64,000 nt of DNA from Bugula neritina (Eukaryota > Animalia > Bryozoa). The position numbers and the translations under genes are program-made. A model generated the notes under the pieces. That model was not told the DNA's origin and searched no databases. It was given only the letters and a program-made list of their open reading frames with translations. Shown one piece after another: positions 1 through 14,041 of the stretch. The DNA lies in the NCBI GenBank assembly GCA_964035545.1, contig OZ037773.1, positions 3,439,751 through 3,503,750 of the forward strand, in the 5' to 3' direction. How positions within the stretch are numbered: position 1 is the first letter of the stretch; each line of letters opens with the position of its first letter.

Positions 1-155
1 TATTTTTTTTAATATTGGGAGTTATATCTTTTATGCTCCACCTAGCATAAAACTAATAGGTCTTCGTTATGAGAGGCACATCTGTGTCATATAAGTATGT
101 ATAGCTAAAATTAATGCACAGCGTATATTTATTCTTGGACTTGTTGTTTTTCTAG

Positions 156-3049
156 TTAAGACCTAATGGCTGTCTGCGCTCACCGAAAGGGGTGGTGTAA
201 ATCTCATTGCACATTGCACATTTTTAAACTTACAAAATAATTATGCTTTTCAAGTCCAACATCTAACATCTGTTTTAGTAACCATATTTCAACTGCAATC
301 TACTGATTTTAAGTTGAGAGCTGTATATAGTGTATACCCGGTATTCTTTTAGACTAGAGTTTGAAGTTCCATTAAAACGGGTTTTTAAAAGCAATGAAAT
401 CCCAGTAACACTCCTGGTATGTACTAATTAATATTATCAAATACATGCATTAAATTTATCTTTAATTCTTGAGGACTGTATGAATGGTAAAGCATATGTT
501 TGTAGCTAGCAATCATGTTCCAATGCTCTCTTGTAGAATATCTTCATGCAAATTGCTCTAACTGGCATTTCACAAACAGGAATATTCCGGCAGTCGGGTA
601 GTGCAGGGGAAGTACGCCGTCTCTCAGACTCTCTGTCAGCAGGACAGGAATTCGACCTGCAAAGTGTGGGCATCCACTCACTATGTTCTGTAGTGAAGGT
701 AGGAGAGTTAGTCATATGTAACTCATTGTTTCAATTTATTTATATATAAAACAGTCTAAAAGTTCGCGAATAAAATCTTTCACAAAAGAGGTAGCATTTT
801 CAATTAGTTAGTACCATTACAGTTAAATATGTACAGGACTACGACTGGTATAGGTGTGAAAGGTGTGAATTACAGTTAAATATGTTTGCATTAAAATGTG
901 CTACTTTGTCAAATATTATATTTTCAATTCTCTTCACTCTAAATACCTATGAACCATGTCGGCAATGCAACAGAGCAGTGGCAGTGCTGTACTGTAGTGG
1001 TGTGAGTCTGCTAGTGTATAATATGGTTATGATAATACATTACATTACAGAAGTTTCTTCTCTCCATACCTGGTGGCCTTCTCGGCAAGCAGGTTGAAAA
1101 GAAATTGTTGAACATTGTGAAAACCAGAGAACCAGCAAAGAAGAAAAAGAGAATAAACAAGTAAATTACCAATGCAATGCAGAGTTAGAAAGTTAATAAT
1201 TTCATTTGCTGTGTGCCCTAGTTTGAGCCTTTCTTATTACTTGCATCCAAATAATGTTGCTAATTGGTTTGGGACATCATATGTAATTTCATGTGTTTTT
1301 AACTACTAGTTATTTTGCATCCTTTATAAGTTTATACCATCAGCAGGGCATATTTTGAGCAAAGGAAACTTGGAATCTTATTTTCTTTTGGTAATATTTA
1401 GAATTTGTATTTTTTATTGTTTCTGCTTTTAAATTATATTATAATTTTACAGACTTCTGATGTCTCTCTCAAAGCCGGTCAGACAACTCCTGACACTGAT
1501 GATAGGACTTGCCTTTTGTGTATGTAAGCGTCAAAACCTGCCATTTGAAAGTTTGGCTAAATCTATTGCCGGATCCCTGTTTGGGTGAGTGTTTATTATT
1601 TGATGTGATAAGTTTATTATTCAGTCTGAGTCAATGTAACAAATATTCACATAGTTTTTTACTTATTTGAAAAATTCATCTGCTAGAATCTGCATTTGAG
1701 TATAAAAAGTCTTGCTGTATGCCAAGATATTCAAAACATTTATAGAGCTGCACCTATTATCAAATAACAATATTTATGTAGGACATAAGCTAGCTGTTTA
1801 CAGTGTTTTAATTGATATACAAACTAAACAGTTTGACTGATGTTTTGAAAAGTTTTAGTTAGTTATTGATTTAAATAATTTATTAGGAACAGTAATAATG
1901 ACCAGTGTAAGATCAAGAAAGCAGTTGAAGTAGTGGAGCTCTTGTTGAATTATTTTCCACTCACCTCTGTGTTTGGTCTGGAGAATTTGAATCAGTTTGC
2001 TGATCTGACAAAGACAGGGTCTGTAGAGAAAGATATGTTCCAATTGACAAGATGTGATAGAGGAGATGCTAAACCCATGAAGGTAAGATCCAGATTTTTT
2101 GTATACTATGTAATTTCACCTGCGTAAACAATTTTATAAAAACTGAAGTCGACTTATAGCTGTCTTAGCTCTAACAGCGTTTTTATTTCTTGTTGAACCA
2201 TAAAATATTTTTGCATCTATTACACACTATATATCATAATATAGAACACAGTAATATAATATATTGCAGTGGTATTCTACTATTACATATGCTCCCATAA
2301 CAAGTAATGTAATATCTCTGTATACAGTATACATAGCACTTTCTTGCTATAACCATAACCATTTGTCTTTAGCCTACTCTGCCATTCAATGAATTCATAA
2401 AGTTATATAATGAAGAAGCAGAAAAACTTATGGCTAAAAGTTTGGAGCGACTGAGAAAAGTATGTCATGATTATATAATTTCATGTCTGTTCGGTTTTGC
2501 AACATTCTTTTGACTAAATTATTGCAGTATTGGTTTACCCAAAACATTTTTTCAAATTTCCTCTAATTTAGAAACTGTCTATTATTCATTAGTGATCCAA
2601 CTAAACTTTTTTATGCCTATTATTATTATTGGTTTCCTCAATGTTATATTTTATCACTTTTTGTGTTACAACCTTTATTTTTAGTTTTTCAGTTTTACTC
2701 ATTCAACTGATGCAAACTATGCTAGTCTATTCTATTTCCTATACTCTGTCTTTTCACATTCTTCTAGAGATCCGAATGGTTCCTTGATCAAACCAATCAG
2801 TTTGCTGCAGTATACCAACAAATTGTGGTAAAAGTAATCACCAGCTCTGATAGTCTACCATACAATCCTCCTAAACCAAGCACCATCTCTGTCTCATCTC
2901 CTCTCTTAGAGAAATATCCACCACCTCCGTATCCATTTGCTCTCACCACAACCAACTCTGAACCTGTACTTCCCTCGTATCTACAATTCACATTTCCTGC
3001 TGATTTTCATGGTCCGAGCCGCACAACTTCTGCACCAAGCTGCCTCTAA
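156..3049 (+). CDS. RhoGAP-domain protein, tandem copy 1 (5' end probably upstream of window)
   Basis: Phase-consistent GT-AG exons 353-416 (LEFEVPLKRVF), 537-698 (GIFRQSGS, arginine-finger motif), 1051-1160 (KFLLSIPGGLL), 1453-1584, 1887-2082, 2373-2459 and 2768-3049 (Pro-rich tail, stop). Exon 156-196 is tentative. Confidence 0.85.
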
Positions 3050-3967
3050 CAATCTTGCTATCTCACCTTTGTGCTACTCATACTCCATCTTCTAGAACAT
3101 TCTAGTGGATGTGTTATCCTACTCTACAGTGTAGCCATGTAATGGTATTTAAATTGTTCTTCTATATTCACTGCAAGGATTCGTTCCTTAAAAGCTGCAA
3201 TTCCTGTGATGAAGGAACTTTATTTTTAGTACTTTATTTATTGTCGCAGTGACAGAATGTAAGTAGTCATCTAAGTTTGTGCAATTAGTAATACGCAGCT
3301 ATTTTTTCTTTAGCTTCTAAATATTTAGTTTATTATCATGTATTTATTATATGCATCCTACACGTAGTGGTTGCTCAACTTATTAACACTTATTTTTAAT
3401 GAAACCTATTGAGGGAGCTTAATTCTGTGCATTCTATGTAATTGTTACTTTTCTGCAGATTTATCCACTTCTAATGCTCTGACAACTACAATATTATATC
3501 CTAATTTTAAATAAGAGTTCTATATAAATTATACTAGATGGTGTCTTAAGTCATCTATTCAATGTTTGTTATTATCTGTGCAATAAATGTTACTAGTATA
3601 ATCACAATTCATCAATTTTATTTTAACAACATTAAAATCGAAGTCATATTAACATCTATAATATGTTATTGTTTCATAATTCATTCTCTCCTCATAGTCT
3701 GATTATAGTTCATTGCAGTCTTATATTCACAACTAAGGAAACTAGAAGAATATGTTATGATAAATACTATTAATTATTGAAGTATATATAGCAAATCCAA
3801 TCACAAACAAAAACTATACATATGAAAAAAATTTAATTATGGCCATCTTTTACGTAACAAATATTTGCTTTGAAGCATCACTATTACAAATTGTTACTAC
3901 TGAAGTGATATGAACGACATTGTTACTGAAAAAAATGTTCTGTCTCATCTCCTTTGAGAGTTGCTGC

Positions 3968-4912
3968 CTATATTGAAGGGGTCACGGCAGCAGTTTTTTT
4001 ACCTAACACGACTTTCCTCACTTGTTTCAAATAAACAGGGTGTAGGTAGACAAACAGAAGCACATTGAAGATGCCGTAGAGTGACTGATAGATGTAAAAT
4101 ACACCAATTCCAGCTTCTTTCTGCTCTACAGTTAGTTTGGAGTGTTGCTTGATTAGAATGGCGATATTCCCTATGGCATAGGAAGAGTAGAACAGGATGC
4201 TAGTGAACAGTACGTACTTACTAGCTGTTTTCACCAAATCATCTCCAGCTGGCTGAAGCGCTCTGTGACTCATTCGCCTCAACTCTAACCCCACTTTGCT
4301 GAGACATACCATTGTTGCTACTGTCGGAATAAAATACAAGAAAAACACAATTACCGTTTTAGCTGCTGTTTGAACCTTAAATTCTGAAATTGTGAAACAC
4401 TTTTCAGTTCCTTCAAAGAACCCAATTTGTAAAATTGTCATGACCGCCAGACAACCAACCCAACAACCACCAAAGAAGCGTCCAATGTTTTGAACAACTT
4501 TATTCGTCTCATAGTTGAAGGAATCGCAAAGCGAAACATATCTTTCGTAGCTAGAAATCCCAATCAGATAAGTACGGAGCAATGAGACTGTTTGTATTAT
4601 TGCTTCCATAGCAGAGTTTGCAATGCTGATTACATGTTGGCTCTGTTCATTTATTGTATCTTCTAAGGCACACGTAGCGATAACAGCAAATCCAATACCC
4701 GAAACAACATCTGAGGCTCCACCATGCACCAGCACTTGATAGTATTTACTCGACCTTAACGATTGAATAGTCCTCAGCACAATGAGATGTAGAATGTTTA
4801 TTAGAATACCAATACAGTTGATAGTCAGGATAAAGCCTGATACCGTGCTTCCATCACATATGTCTGTTACATTAAAACATTCATTGTAAAAAGTGTAATC
4901 TGAGAAATTCAT
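3968..4912 (-). CDS. Intronless class A (rhodopsin-like) orphan GPCR, 314 aa
   Basis: About seven hydrophobic segments, N-terminal NxS/T sequons, TM1 GILIN, TM2 Asp, TM3 SYERYVSLC (DRY-like) and TM7 NVLLFVY (NPxxY-like). Confidence 0.85.
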   Translation of the reverse strand: MNFSDYTFYNECFNVTDICDGSTVSGFILTINCIGILINILHLIVLRTIQSLRSSKYYQVLVHGGASDVVSGIGFAVIATCALEDTINEQSQHVISIANSAMEAIIQTVSLLRTYLIGISSYERYVSLCDSFNYETNKVVQNIGRFFGGCWVGCLAVMTILQIGFFEGTEKCFTISEFKVQTAAKTVIVFFLYFIPTVATMVCLSKVGLELRRMSHRALQPAGDDLVKTASKYVLFTSILFYSSYAIGNIAILIKQHSKLTVEQKEAGIGVFYIYQSLYGIFNVLLFVYLHPVYLKQVRKVVLGKKTAAVTPSI

Positions 4913-5594
4913 TGCTGTTTATATACAGAAAACAGAAATGAGCAACTTGTTACATGAGTTTGAAAATGGAAACTAAAAGCGTTTTAATACTTTACAAATA
5001 GAAGTACGATAACTCAGTTTGCATTGAACATTTACATTTCTTTTGATTATATTTTCAATCAAGTATAACATGTGAACAGTTTCACTTTTAATTAACAGCA
5101 AAGTGATCATTTACACAAAACAAGACAAAGGATAAAAGGCTGCGCGCAAGCCATTACCAACTTTCATCATCATGTTACTGAAAAATAAAACAGCACAGCA
5201 TAATAATATTAAACAAGCTTGTGATGTTTGTCGACTGAAATAAAATGGTAACTATTTTAAAACTTGCTGACATGCATACACTAGACACTTTTTACCTACA
5301 TTAGACACTGTTACCTGAGTCTTTGATATAAAAATTATAAATAATATATCAATAGTTTAAGAAACAAATATTACTGCATAAAATAAAGACTCAATTCACA
5401 TAATGTTAAACATGGGGACATAGTTAATGTTAGTTGGTAACTTTACAATGAATAAACAATTCATTTGAGTTTAGTATTTATGGCAATATTTATGCAGTAT
5501 ACCTCAGCATTAATATTAGGCAGATAAAATCTGTGTGTGTGCGTGCGCGCGTGTGTGCGTGTGCGCGATTATGACATTGTTTTAGTATTTGACT

Positions 5595-6115
5595 TGCTCT
5601 TTCTCTTATAAAGTAAATAAACTATTTTTAATACCCAATGATCGATTTTACACTTGGTACGTGATGAATACTATTGATTGAAAGATCTTTGATTTTTTGT
5701 AATATTTACCAATGCTTCGGTGATATCACAAAAAAATCTAAGGCCAGATATCATAATATAGAGGTGATACATATGCTTTATTTACTGCATAATCAAATAC
5801 AGCTTTTTAATTCAAGCAAAATCTGACATTTTTTCTGCTAAATCTGTTATCATCTTATATATCTCATCTAAACCCATTTTTTAGATCTTGCTGTAACTAC
5901 ACTTCCTTAGGCTATCAGGAAATACAAAACAAAATTATCTGCCTTCTCTTGTAGTCTTTAGTTGCCATCTTGTCTAACACTACTTGACACCCACTATATT
6001 ATATATAGCTGTGATTCAATACAATTATTCACAGATAATTTATTTTTTTTAATATTATACCAATATACTCTCTGGAATTGTGTTCTCAACTAGTTGGTTG
6101 AGGCCTTAGCAATGC
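5595..6115 (+). repeat. Downstream non-coding block duplicated at about 12355-12845 (part of the RhoGAP tandem duplication)
   Basis: Shared sequences such as ggtgatatcaca...gccagatatcataatatagaggtgatac, attatctgccttctcttgtag and gttgaggccttagcaatg occur in both blocks. Confidence 0.75.
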
Positions 6116-8329
6116 AGATGAAGCATAAAACCATAACACTATAATATACTGCCAATGCATTGTAAGTTTATACACTCAAACTTTATGTTTCTCTTTACCA
6201 CATTCTATTTTATTTCCAGCACATGACTATTTACCCATCATATAATTTAAATAACCACACAGGCCACACATACATCATATGTACTTCATATTGGTATGGC
6301 TAAATACACTCAGTTGGTAGTTGTGCTCTCTCTGTATGACAAGCCCCCCCCCCCACTTGCAGATTCGAATGCAATACAATCCATTGTAGGAGCTACATAA
6401 CAAACAATGCGTTGTCGGCAGGAACAAAATTTTAATTTATTTAATGCACAAATCAGGACAAAAAGTTAAAAGTTGCTCAAAATTCATAAAAATGTATTAT
6501 ATATGGGGTAAATTTATGTGCTGATTCTCAATATTCACAGCAAACAAAGTCTAGAAATGGTCATGTAGCATTAGAATGCAAAGTCATTGTCAAATTAGCT
6601 AAATATATTCAAATAAAAACATAGGTAAATAATATATATGAACAGTGATATATTTACGCATTTAGAAATGTGTTTGAACTGCATTCTACTCATTAGGAAC
6701 AAACTCCTTAATTTGAAACAAAAGTTTATTTCTCCATCTCTTCATGCATGTGACTTTACCAAGCTAGGCATGTGTTTGTCTCAATCTGTAGCCAGAGCTA
6801 CTATATTCTTTTGTGCAACTAATACAAATAACAATACGTTTTCCTCAAAAACATATAGCAATAAACTTTCAACGGGACTCAAGACATAAACAATATTTTA
6901 TTTAGCCTTATTCCTATGAATGTGGAAGAGCTATATAGTAGCTAGAGCATAAAAGTAATTTTCTATTCCTTATAATATCTGCTAGGATATGCTAGCCCTA
7001 GAAGCTAAATACACTTGTACTGGAGTTATCCCTCTTAGATGAATTATTGAGAATGGTAATTTTATTGTGCCTGCTAATATAATTTAGCTTTATGACTATG
7101 TTTGTCTGTAAAATAATGCTATAAGCTTTATTATTTGTAACTTTCACCTGCTAATTTTTAATTCTTTTAATATTCACTGCTGAATTATAACCAGCCTTCA
7201 GATAACACCAAAACCATATAGGTACATTAGTTAGGTAAAATCATAATGCTATTTATGGTCTATAATATTTAGTATATTAGAAAGTTTATTGAATCTTTAT
7301 ATTATGATTCAACAGATTCAATCAATTATTTTAAAAAAATAGCTTTTTTAGGGTAAATATAAATAGTGTATGTACATATTTTTACTAATAAAATTAGTGA
7401 ACACTCTTAATTTAGAATTCATATGTGTGGAATTGGCAAACAATAATAAGAAATTGTATTTTTAATTTAAGCTATAAGAATCTGAGATGAAATATTATAA
7501 CTTACTTTATTTAGTTTTATAAAATTAAACTGAATTGCTTCACAACCAAAATTATAAGGCAACCTCATTTCATTTAGGAGGAATAAAAATATTACTTAAA
7601 ATTGTTTAAAATGTTTTGAGATTTGAACTCACGAAAACAAATGAGAGCAGCATTAAAAAACATTGCTGAAAAGTTCATCAACATTATATTAAGGTTTTGC
7701 ATCATTTATTTGTTTTTATTATTTAACTACAGTAACAATCCTTTTGTAGTCACAATGAAAACTAATAGTTTACTAACCATACTAGTTAGGAATTCATGAG
7801 TTATGTGGCATTGATCAAACAATGAGAAAGACATCATGTCATGACTCTGTGTAGTTTGATTCGCTCTGCCTCAGAATACGGATGCTTCTATCTTTTATTC
7901 TGCTATAACCATATAGAATCAGTGTTTAAAGTTTTTACTTTATTTAATTATACTTTGTGCTTAAATCACATTTCTGTAACAATTAATTGTCAAGTCTGTG
8001 TACTACTTGACATTGCAGTCAACTCGGTTCCTTTTCTGCTACATATTTTCTGTCTCGGATAGCCAGGTTAGTGGACAAAAAGTTACTGTACATAGCCTAA
8101 TGTTTTCATAAACCAAATTGTAAAAAAATGCAGTATTGCCTAACTATAATACAGTATATGAAATATATTTGCATTTTTTTCAGTATATATTTTTTGTATC
8201 AGCTAAATTAGAGCATAAAATATTCATCGCTTTTTTGTGTGTTGAGTCTATGGTAGCGTTATTTGTTGTGATTTTGTATGAATAGCATATCATAAATGGC
8301 TGATTATTGTCATGTGTTTATTTTTAGCC

Positions 8330-11300
8330 ATGGGCTTCTTTAGCAGACTATTTTCTAGACGAGCTTCCACAGCCTCCGCCAATGAAAGTGTTGATAATGC
8401 AGCTATTGAGAGGTTAGTCTGAAAATTGCATCTTTAACAGTTTTCAAAGCATTGTCTTAGTAAAGAACCCTTAGTAGTCATGACTATATGTGCCTTCAAA
8501 AGTGGCAGTAATATGTTTTTTTGTTTACAATAACATAAGTTTCTAATTGGTCATCATTATGAGAGTTGTGCAATGGAAGTATTTAGTGAAGATTATTATT
8601 TACACTTGGACCTCCCGTTTTGAGTCAAGACCTATACCTGCATGCTGTTTTTACGTGTGGAAATTGCATTGGAAAGTTTGGCAAATATAGTTCATTACAC
8701 ATTGTACAATTTTGAATTTTCAAAACTTCTCTATTCGTCATGGTATTTGTTAAGCAGCAATTTTTATTAACTATATTTCAACTGTAATCAGCTGGTATTA
8801 CGTTTATAGCTATAATAGACCTATGTATAATCAATAATCGGAAATGTTTTAGACTAGAGTTTGGAGTTCCATTGAAACGAGTCTTTAGAAGCAATGAGAT
8901 TCCAGTAACACTCCTGGTATGTCATCCTTTACTAGCAACTCTTCGAGGCTAATAAATAATATATTAAATACTATATACTAAATACTAAATACTAAATATA
9001 TTAATACTTGAAGACTGTATGATTGATAAAGCATTTAGGTTTGTAGCTACTATACATAGCAATCATGTTCCAATGCTCTCTTGTAGAATATCTTCATGCA
9101 AATCGCCCTGACTGGTCTTTCACAAACAGGAATATTCCGGCAGCCAGGTAGTGCAGGGGAAGTACGCCGCCTCTCAGACTCTCTGTCAGCAGGACAGGAA
9201 TTCGACCTGCAAAGTGTGGGCATTCACTCACTATGTTCTGTGGTTAAGGTAAATTACTAAAAATAACAATATAGAAAGGCGTTCACCCATTCAGCTAATT
9301 AATAGCTATTTTTTCATAAAACTAACTTATATTTTTCAAGTTTTTCTTTATTCCAAGTGCTTAATAAAATTGGGATTACTTAAATAAAATATACACATTA
9401 TATGCTTAACAAAATATATTTAAATTATTTATTAAATTTCCTTATATGTGTCTACCCTAAACTTTATGTCCTTTTCAATATATCAACTTTAAACTTTAGG
9501 CAACTGATATATATGTTAAATGATACAACTAAACTTTTTGTGGTACCAGTTAATATGTTAGACTTAATTTTTTACCACTGGTTACTTTATTTTATTTCAG
9601 AAATTTTTGCTTGCCATACCAAATGGTCTGCTTGGGAAACAAGCTGAGAAAAAATTTCTGAGTGTCATAAAAACTCAAGACTTGGAAAAACGAAAAAAGA
9701 TGGTTCATAAGTGAGTGGATCAGTTTATCACAATATAGACAATTTTCCAACAATTTACTGTTCTTGAACTTGAAACCCCTCTGTTTCAAAGAACATTATA
9801 GTCCATGACCTTTTGTATAGCACACTAAATAAAACTGTATTGCCTGGTATAAACTGTTATAACTAATTATGTCATTTACTTACATGCCTGTTACAAGTTT
9901 AGCATATCTGGCTTTTAAAATGTACAAGTAATTTGATGAAAAATGGTATACTGAGTCTATAACCTTTTTAAATTATAGATTTTTAATGTTGTAACTGCTT
10001 AAAGTCATTTTGAAGATTATTTTGTATTTCACAAGTCACAAATAAGTCTTATGAAAACTTTCTTTGTCACTCTACAGACTTCTCATGTCTCTCTCAAAGC
10101 CGGTCAGACAACTCCTGACACTGATGATAGGACTTGCCTTTTGTGTATGTAAGCGTCAAAACCTGCCATTTGAAAGTTTGGCTAAATCTATTGCGGGATC
10201 TCTGTTTGGGTGAGTGTTTCTAAGTTTAGGTATTTCTTTCTCTTTGTCTTGGTCAATGTAAAACATTCATACCCCCTAGATACACTTTTCCACTTTGAGA
10301 ATGTCTCTTTGCCCAATAGGAGCCAGACGTAAGTTTTTGAATCAAGCACTGTTTGATCATTGCCACAATGTATACCGTGGTATGATTCGGCCAGGATGTT
10401 TTAAAAACTGGCTGAAATTTTACGTTGCGACCTATAACGGTATGGCAAAGTGTGTCTATAGGTGTTAGTTTTTAATTATTAATTTATAAATTCATCTGCT
10501 AGAATATATGCATTTGAGTATGAAGTTATACTATATGCCACAATATTCAAAACATTTATAAATCTGCACCTATTATCAAAAAACAATATTTATTGTATTA
10601 CATGAGCTAGCTGCTTACAGTGTTTTAATTGACATACAAACTAAATAGTTTGCTTGTTGTTTTGAAAAGTTTTAATTAATTACTGGTTTAAATCATTTAA
10701 TAGGAACAGCAATAATGACCCGTGTAAGATCAAGAAAGCAGTTGAAGTAGTGGAGCTCTTGCTGAATTATTTTCCACTCACCTCTGTGTTTGGTCTGGAG
10801 AATTTGAATCAGTTTGCTGATCTGACAAAGACAGGGTCTGTAGAGAATGACATGTTCCAATTGACAACATGTGATAATGGAGATGCTAGACCCATGAAGG
10901 TAATATAACATTTCAATTATACCTATAAACATTTCTCATATACTGTTATATATTCCCTATAAACATTTTTATGAAATAATGAAGTTAGCTTATAACTATC
11001 CTAGTCCGTTAGCTTGTTTTTCATTGATCTAACCCTTAGCAGCATTTTAATTTCTTATATGGTATTGAAACATAATATAATATATTATTGCATATTTTGC
11101 AAAATGTCCATGCTTTATTGTAATATGCAATACTGCAATCGCATATTCTACTGTTACATATGCTCCCATAACAAATAATGTAATGTCTCTGTGCAGTAAG
11201 TATATTTGTAGTAGTTTCAATTGCTATAACCTGAATAATTTATTTTTAGCCTACTCTGCCATTCCATGAATTCATAAAGTTATATAATGAAGAAGCAGAA

Positions 11301-11957
11301 AAACTTATAGCTAAAAGTTTGGAGCGTCTGAGAAAAGTATGTCATGAATATTCAAATTCATGTCTGTTTAACTTTGCAGTGTTCTTTTGACTAAATTATT
11401 GCAATAATATATAACCCAAAATAAATTTTCATTTTCTCAAAAACACGCGAACTGTCTGTTATTTATTAGTTTTCCAGCTACACTTTTTCCATGTTTATGT
11501 TCATTGTTTTCGGTATAAACATTTCTCCAATGTTGTATTTCATCACTTCATTTTATAGCATTCTTTTGCTGTAAACCTTGCATTGTGTTTTAATCTATTC
11601 AGTTTTACTCATTCAACTGATGCAAACTATGCTAGTCTATTCTTTTTCCTACTCTGTCTTTTCACACTCTTCTAAAGATCCGAATGGTTCCTCGATCAAA
11701 CCAATCAGTTTGCTGTAGTATATCAGCAAATTGTGGTAAAAGTAATCTCCAGCTCTGATACTCTACCATACAATCCTCCTAAACCAACTACCAACTCCGT
11801 CTCATCTCCTCTCTTAGAGAAATATCCACCTCCTCCTTATCCATTTGCTCTCACCACAACCAACTCTGAACCTATACTTCCCTCGTATCTACAATTCACA
11901 TTTCCTGCTGATTTCCATGGTCCAACCAAAACTATATCTGCACCAAGCTGCCTCTAA
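8330..11957 (+). CDS. RhoGAP-domain protein, tandem copy 2
   Basis: Exons 8330-8412 (MGFFSRLFSRRAS), 8853-8916 (LEFGVPL), 9087-9248 (GIFRQPGS), 9601-9710, 10078-10209, 10704-10899, 11250-11336 and a last exon at about 11676-11957. Exon sizes match copy 1, but the last acceptor is altered. Confidence 0.85.
10271..10464. mobile_element. MITE inserted in a RhoGAP copy 2 intron
   Basis: Imperfect TIRs accccctagatacacttttcca / tggcaaagtgtgtctataggtgt. The equivalent intron of copy 1 has an empty site (attcacatagttttt at about 1645). Confidence 0.65.
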
Positions 11958-13346
11958 CAATCTTTACAAACTCTCCAAAGTCTGTGCTCTTTGCCACTTA
12001 TTGATAAATTGTGACAATGTTCTATAAAGCTTGCTACAATCACAGCCTTTCTCTTGTTTTACATAATAAATATATTTATTGATTGGATTATGACCAGCCA
12101 TAATATTTTCATGGTTAGTTTTACTACTTTAGTTCCTCATCAGCTGATATCTTATTTAATTTTCTCTCAATGGACAATCATCAATGTATACTATTGCGTT
12201 GAATTGCTAATGACATGTTCTGTTATAGTCAACACCTTTATTTATTCTCTGCCACACAATCTCTTTCATGTATCTATTAATGTGCAGCAACCTCTGCAAC
12301 TTTGTCATTGTTCCAATAAAACAACATATTGTTCTCATATATAATATTATTATATACTCTTTTTCTCCTGTAAACTAGAAAAACTACTTTACACTCTAAT
12401 CTTGATAAATGCTAGTGATTAAGAAGAGGTTTTCAATTTCTAGATATCACCTATATATCTTGGTGATATCACAGAAAATATAGAGCCAGATATCATAATA
12501 TAGAGGTGATACATGCTTTGTTTACTGTAAAATCAAATAATGTTGTTAATTCAAGTAAAGCTTGATATTTTTCCAGCCAAATAATATGTTATATCATGTT
12601 ATATTCAGTCTCATCTCAACTCAATTATTTAAATTTGTTGTAACTATACACTTCCTTAGGCTGTCACATGATTATCTGCCTTCTCTTGTAGCCTTTAGTT
12701 GCCGTCTTGCCCATCACTATACTTGGACCTACTATATATAGCTGTGATTCAATAAAATGATTCACAGACATTTTATTTTTGAATAATATAACAATATCCC
12801 CTGGAACTGTGTTCTTAACTAGCGAGTTGAGGCCTTAGCAATGGCAAAGAGGCAAATAATAATAAAATAACAATATTATGCCAATACTCTCGGGTTGCCC
12901 TAAAATATTATATGTTTAAAACTTCCTGCGTATAGATTGCTCAGCAAAACTTCATTACCGAATATAAATTAGCAAAAAGTATACACAAGACTGTACTAAG
13001 ATGGAAAACAAAAAAGTACACAAACAAAGAGAGGTAGTAAACAAGTAAAAGAACAAAAGTAGTCATGCATACATGACACACATTAGTTGTTTTCACAAGT
13101 AGATTATTGGCTATTTATAGCCCAATGCAGAAAAGCAAGTGCGGCCACATCTGCTCTGGTTTGGTTTGACTCAGTAGCCATGACTTCCTGCTTTACAAGT
13201 ATATCTCGGAACTCATATTGTGTCAGATAAGTTGTTGTGAATCATTGAGCTGAGCAGCTGCTGAGGAAGTAACTGAGAGTTAAAAATATAGACTCACTCT
13301 GTCAGGTCAATGACATGTTCCACAGGAAATAGAGATATAAAACCTT

Positions 13347-13418
13347 TACCCCCACTTGAATTCGAACCCGAGACCTGCAGCTTGCAAGCAGGCGCACTAA
13401 CCATTACACCACGGGACT
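13347..13418 (-). repeat. tRNA-derived repeat (SINE head or tRNA pseudogene)
   Basis: Reverse strand has A-box tggtgtaatggtta and B-box ggttcgaattc, with a poorly paired anticodon stem. Related copies lie at 14042 and 51097. Confidence 0.6.
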
Positions 13419-14041
13419 ACTTGGTAAGCGCAACATTACAAGAGATAATTAATACATTGCACCAAGTATTGTCACTTTTTTGTAGTTCTAGATAATGTCG
13501 TACATGGCTAATTGTTAACAAAAGAAAACAGCTTTGACATAAAAAACCAATAGTTTATATTTTCATACACTTACTGTTTACTGCATGATACAAAACTTTG
13601 TAATATTTTATAATAATCATTGTCATTTCTATAGAAATACAACATATTTTCATGTTATTTGACTTGAAGTATGCATAACTCTCTCCTTTCCTGCTCATCG
13701 CCTCACACTTTATATCAGCCGGCTGACATCTTCCAGTCATGTATTTAGTGTGTTACCAATCTACTATAGTATCATTGAGTTTATGCGTATGTCACAGGCT
13801 AATTATAAACATCATAATTGAGAAAAACATTCTTATGTGATATAATTTATAATGCCTAGAGTTTTATCACATGACTCAGCTATTTCTGCAACACTTAGCT
13901 TGGGTGAGTCACCTGCATGATAGCCTAGGCGTATCTAAACTACAACATAATATGCTGTAGGAACCCGGAAACAACTGAAGCAGTCATATATGTCTCCCTC
14001 ACACTGCTAGAGAGTGTTTGACTTCCCTTTATAAAACTTTT

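Noticed and set aside
6400-7030. Possible DNA transposon remnant
   Set aside because: Looks repeat-like, but no convincing TIR pair or TSD was found.
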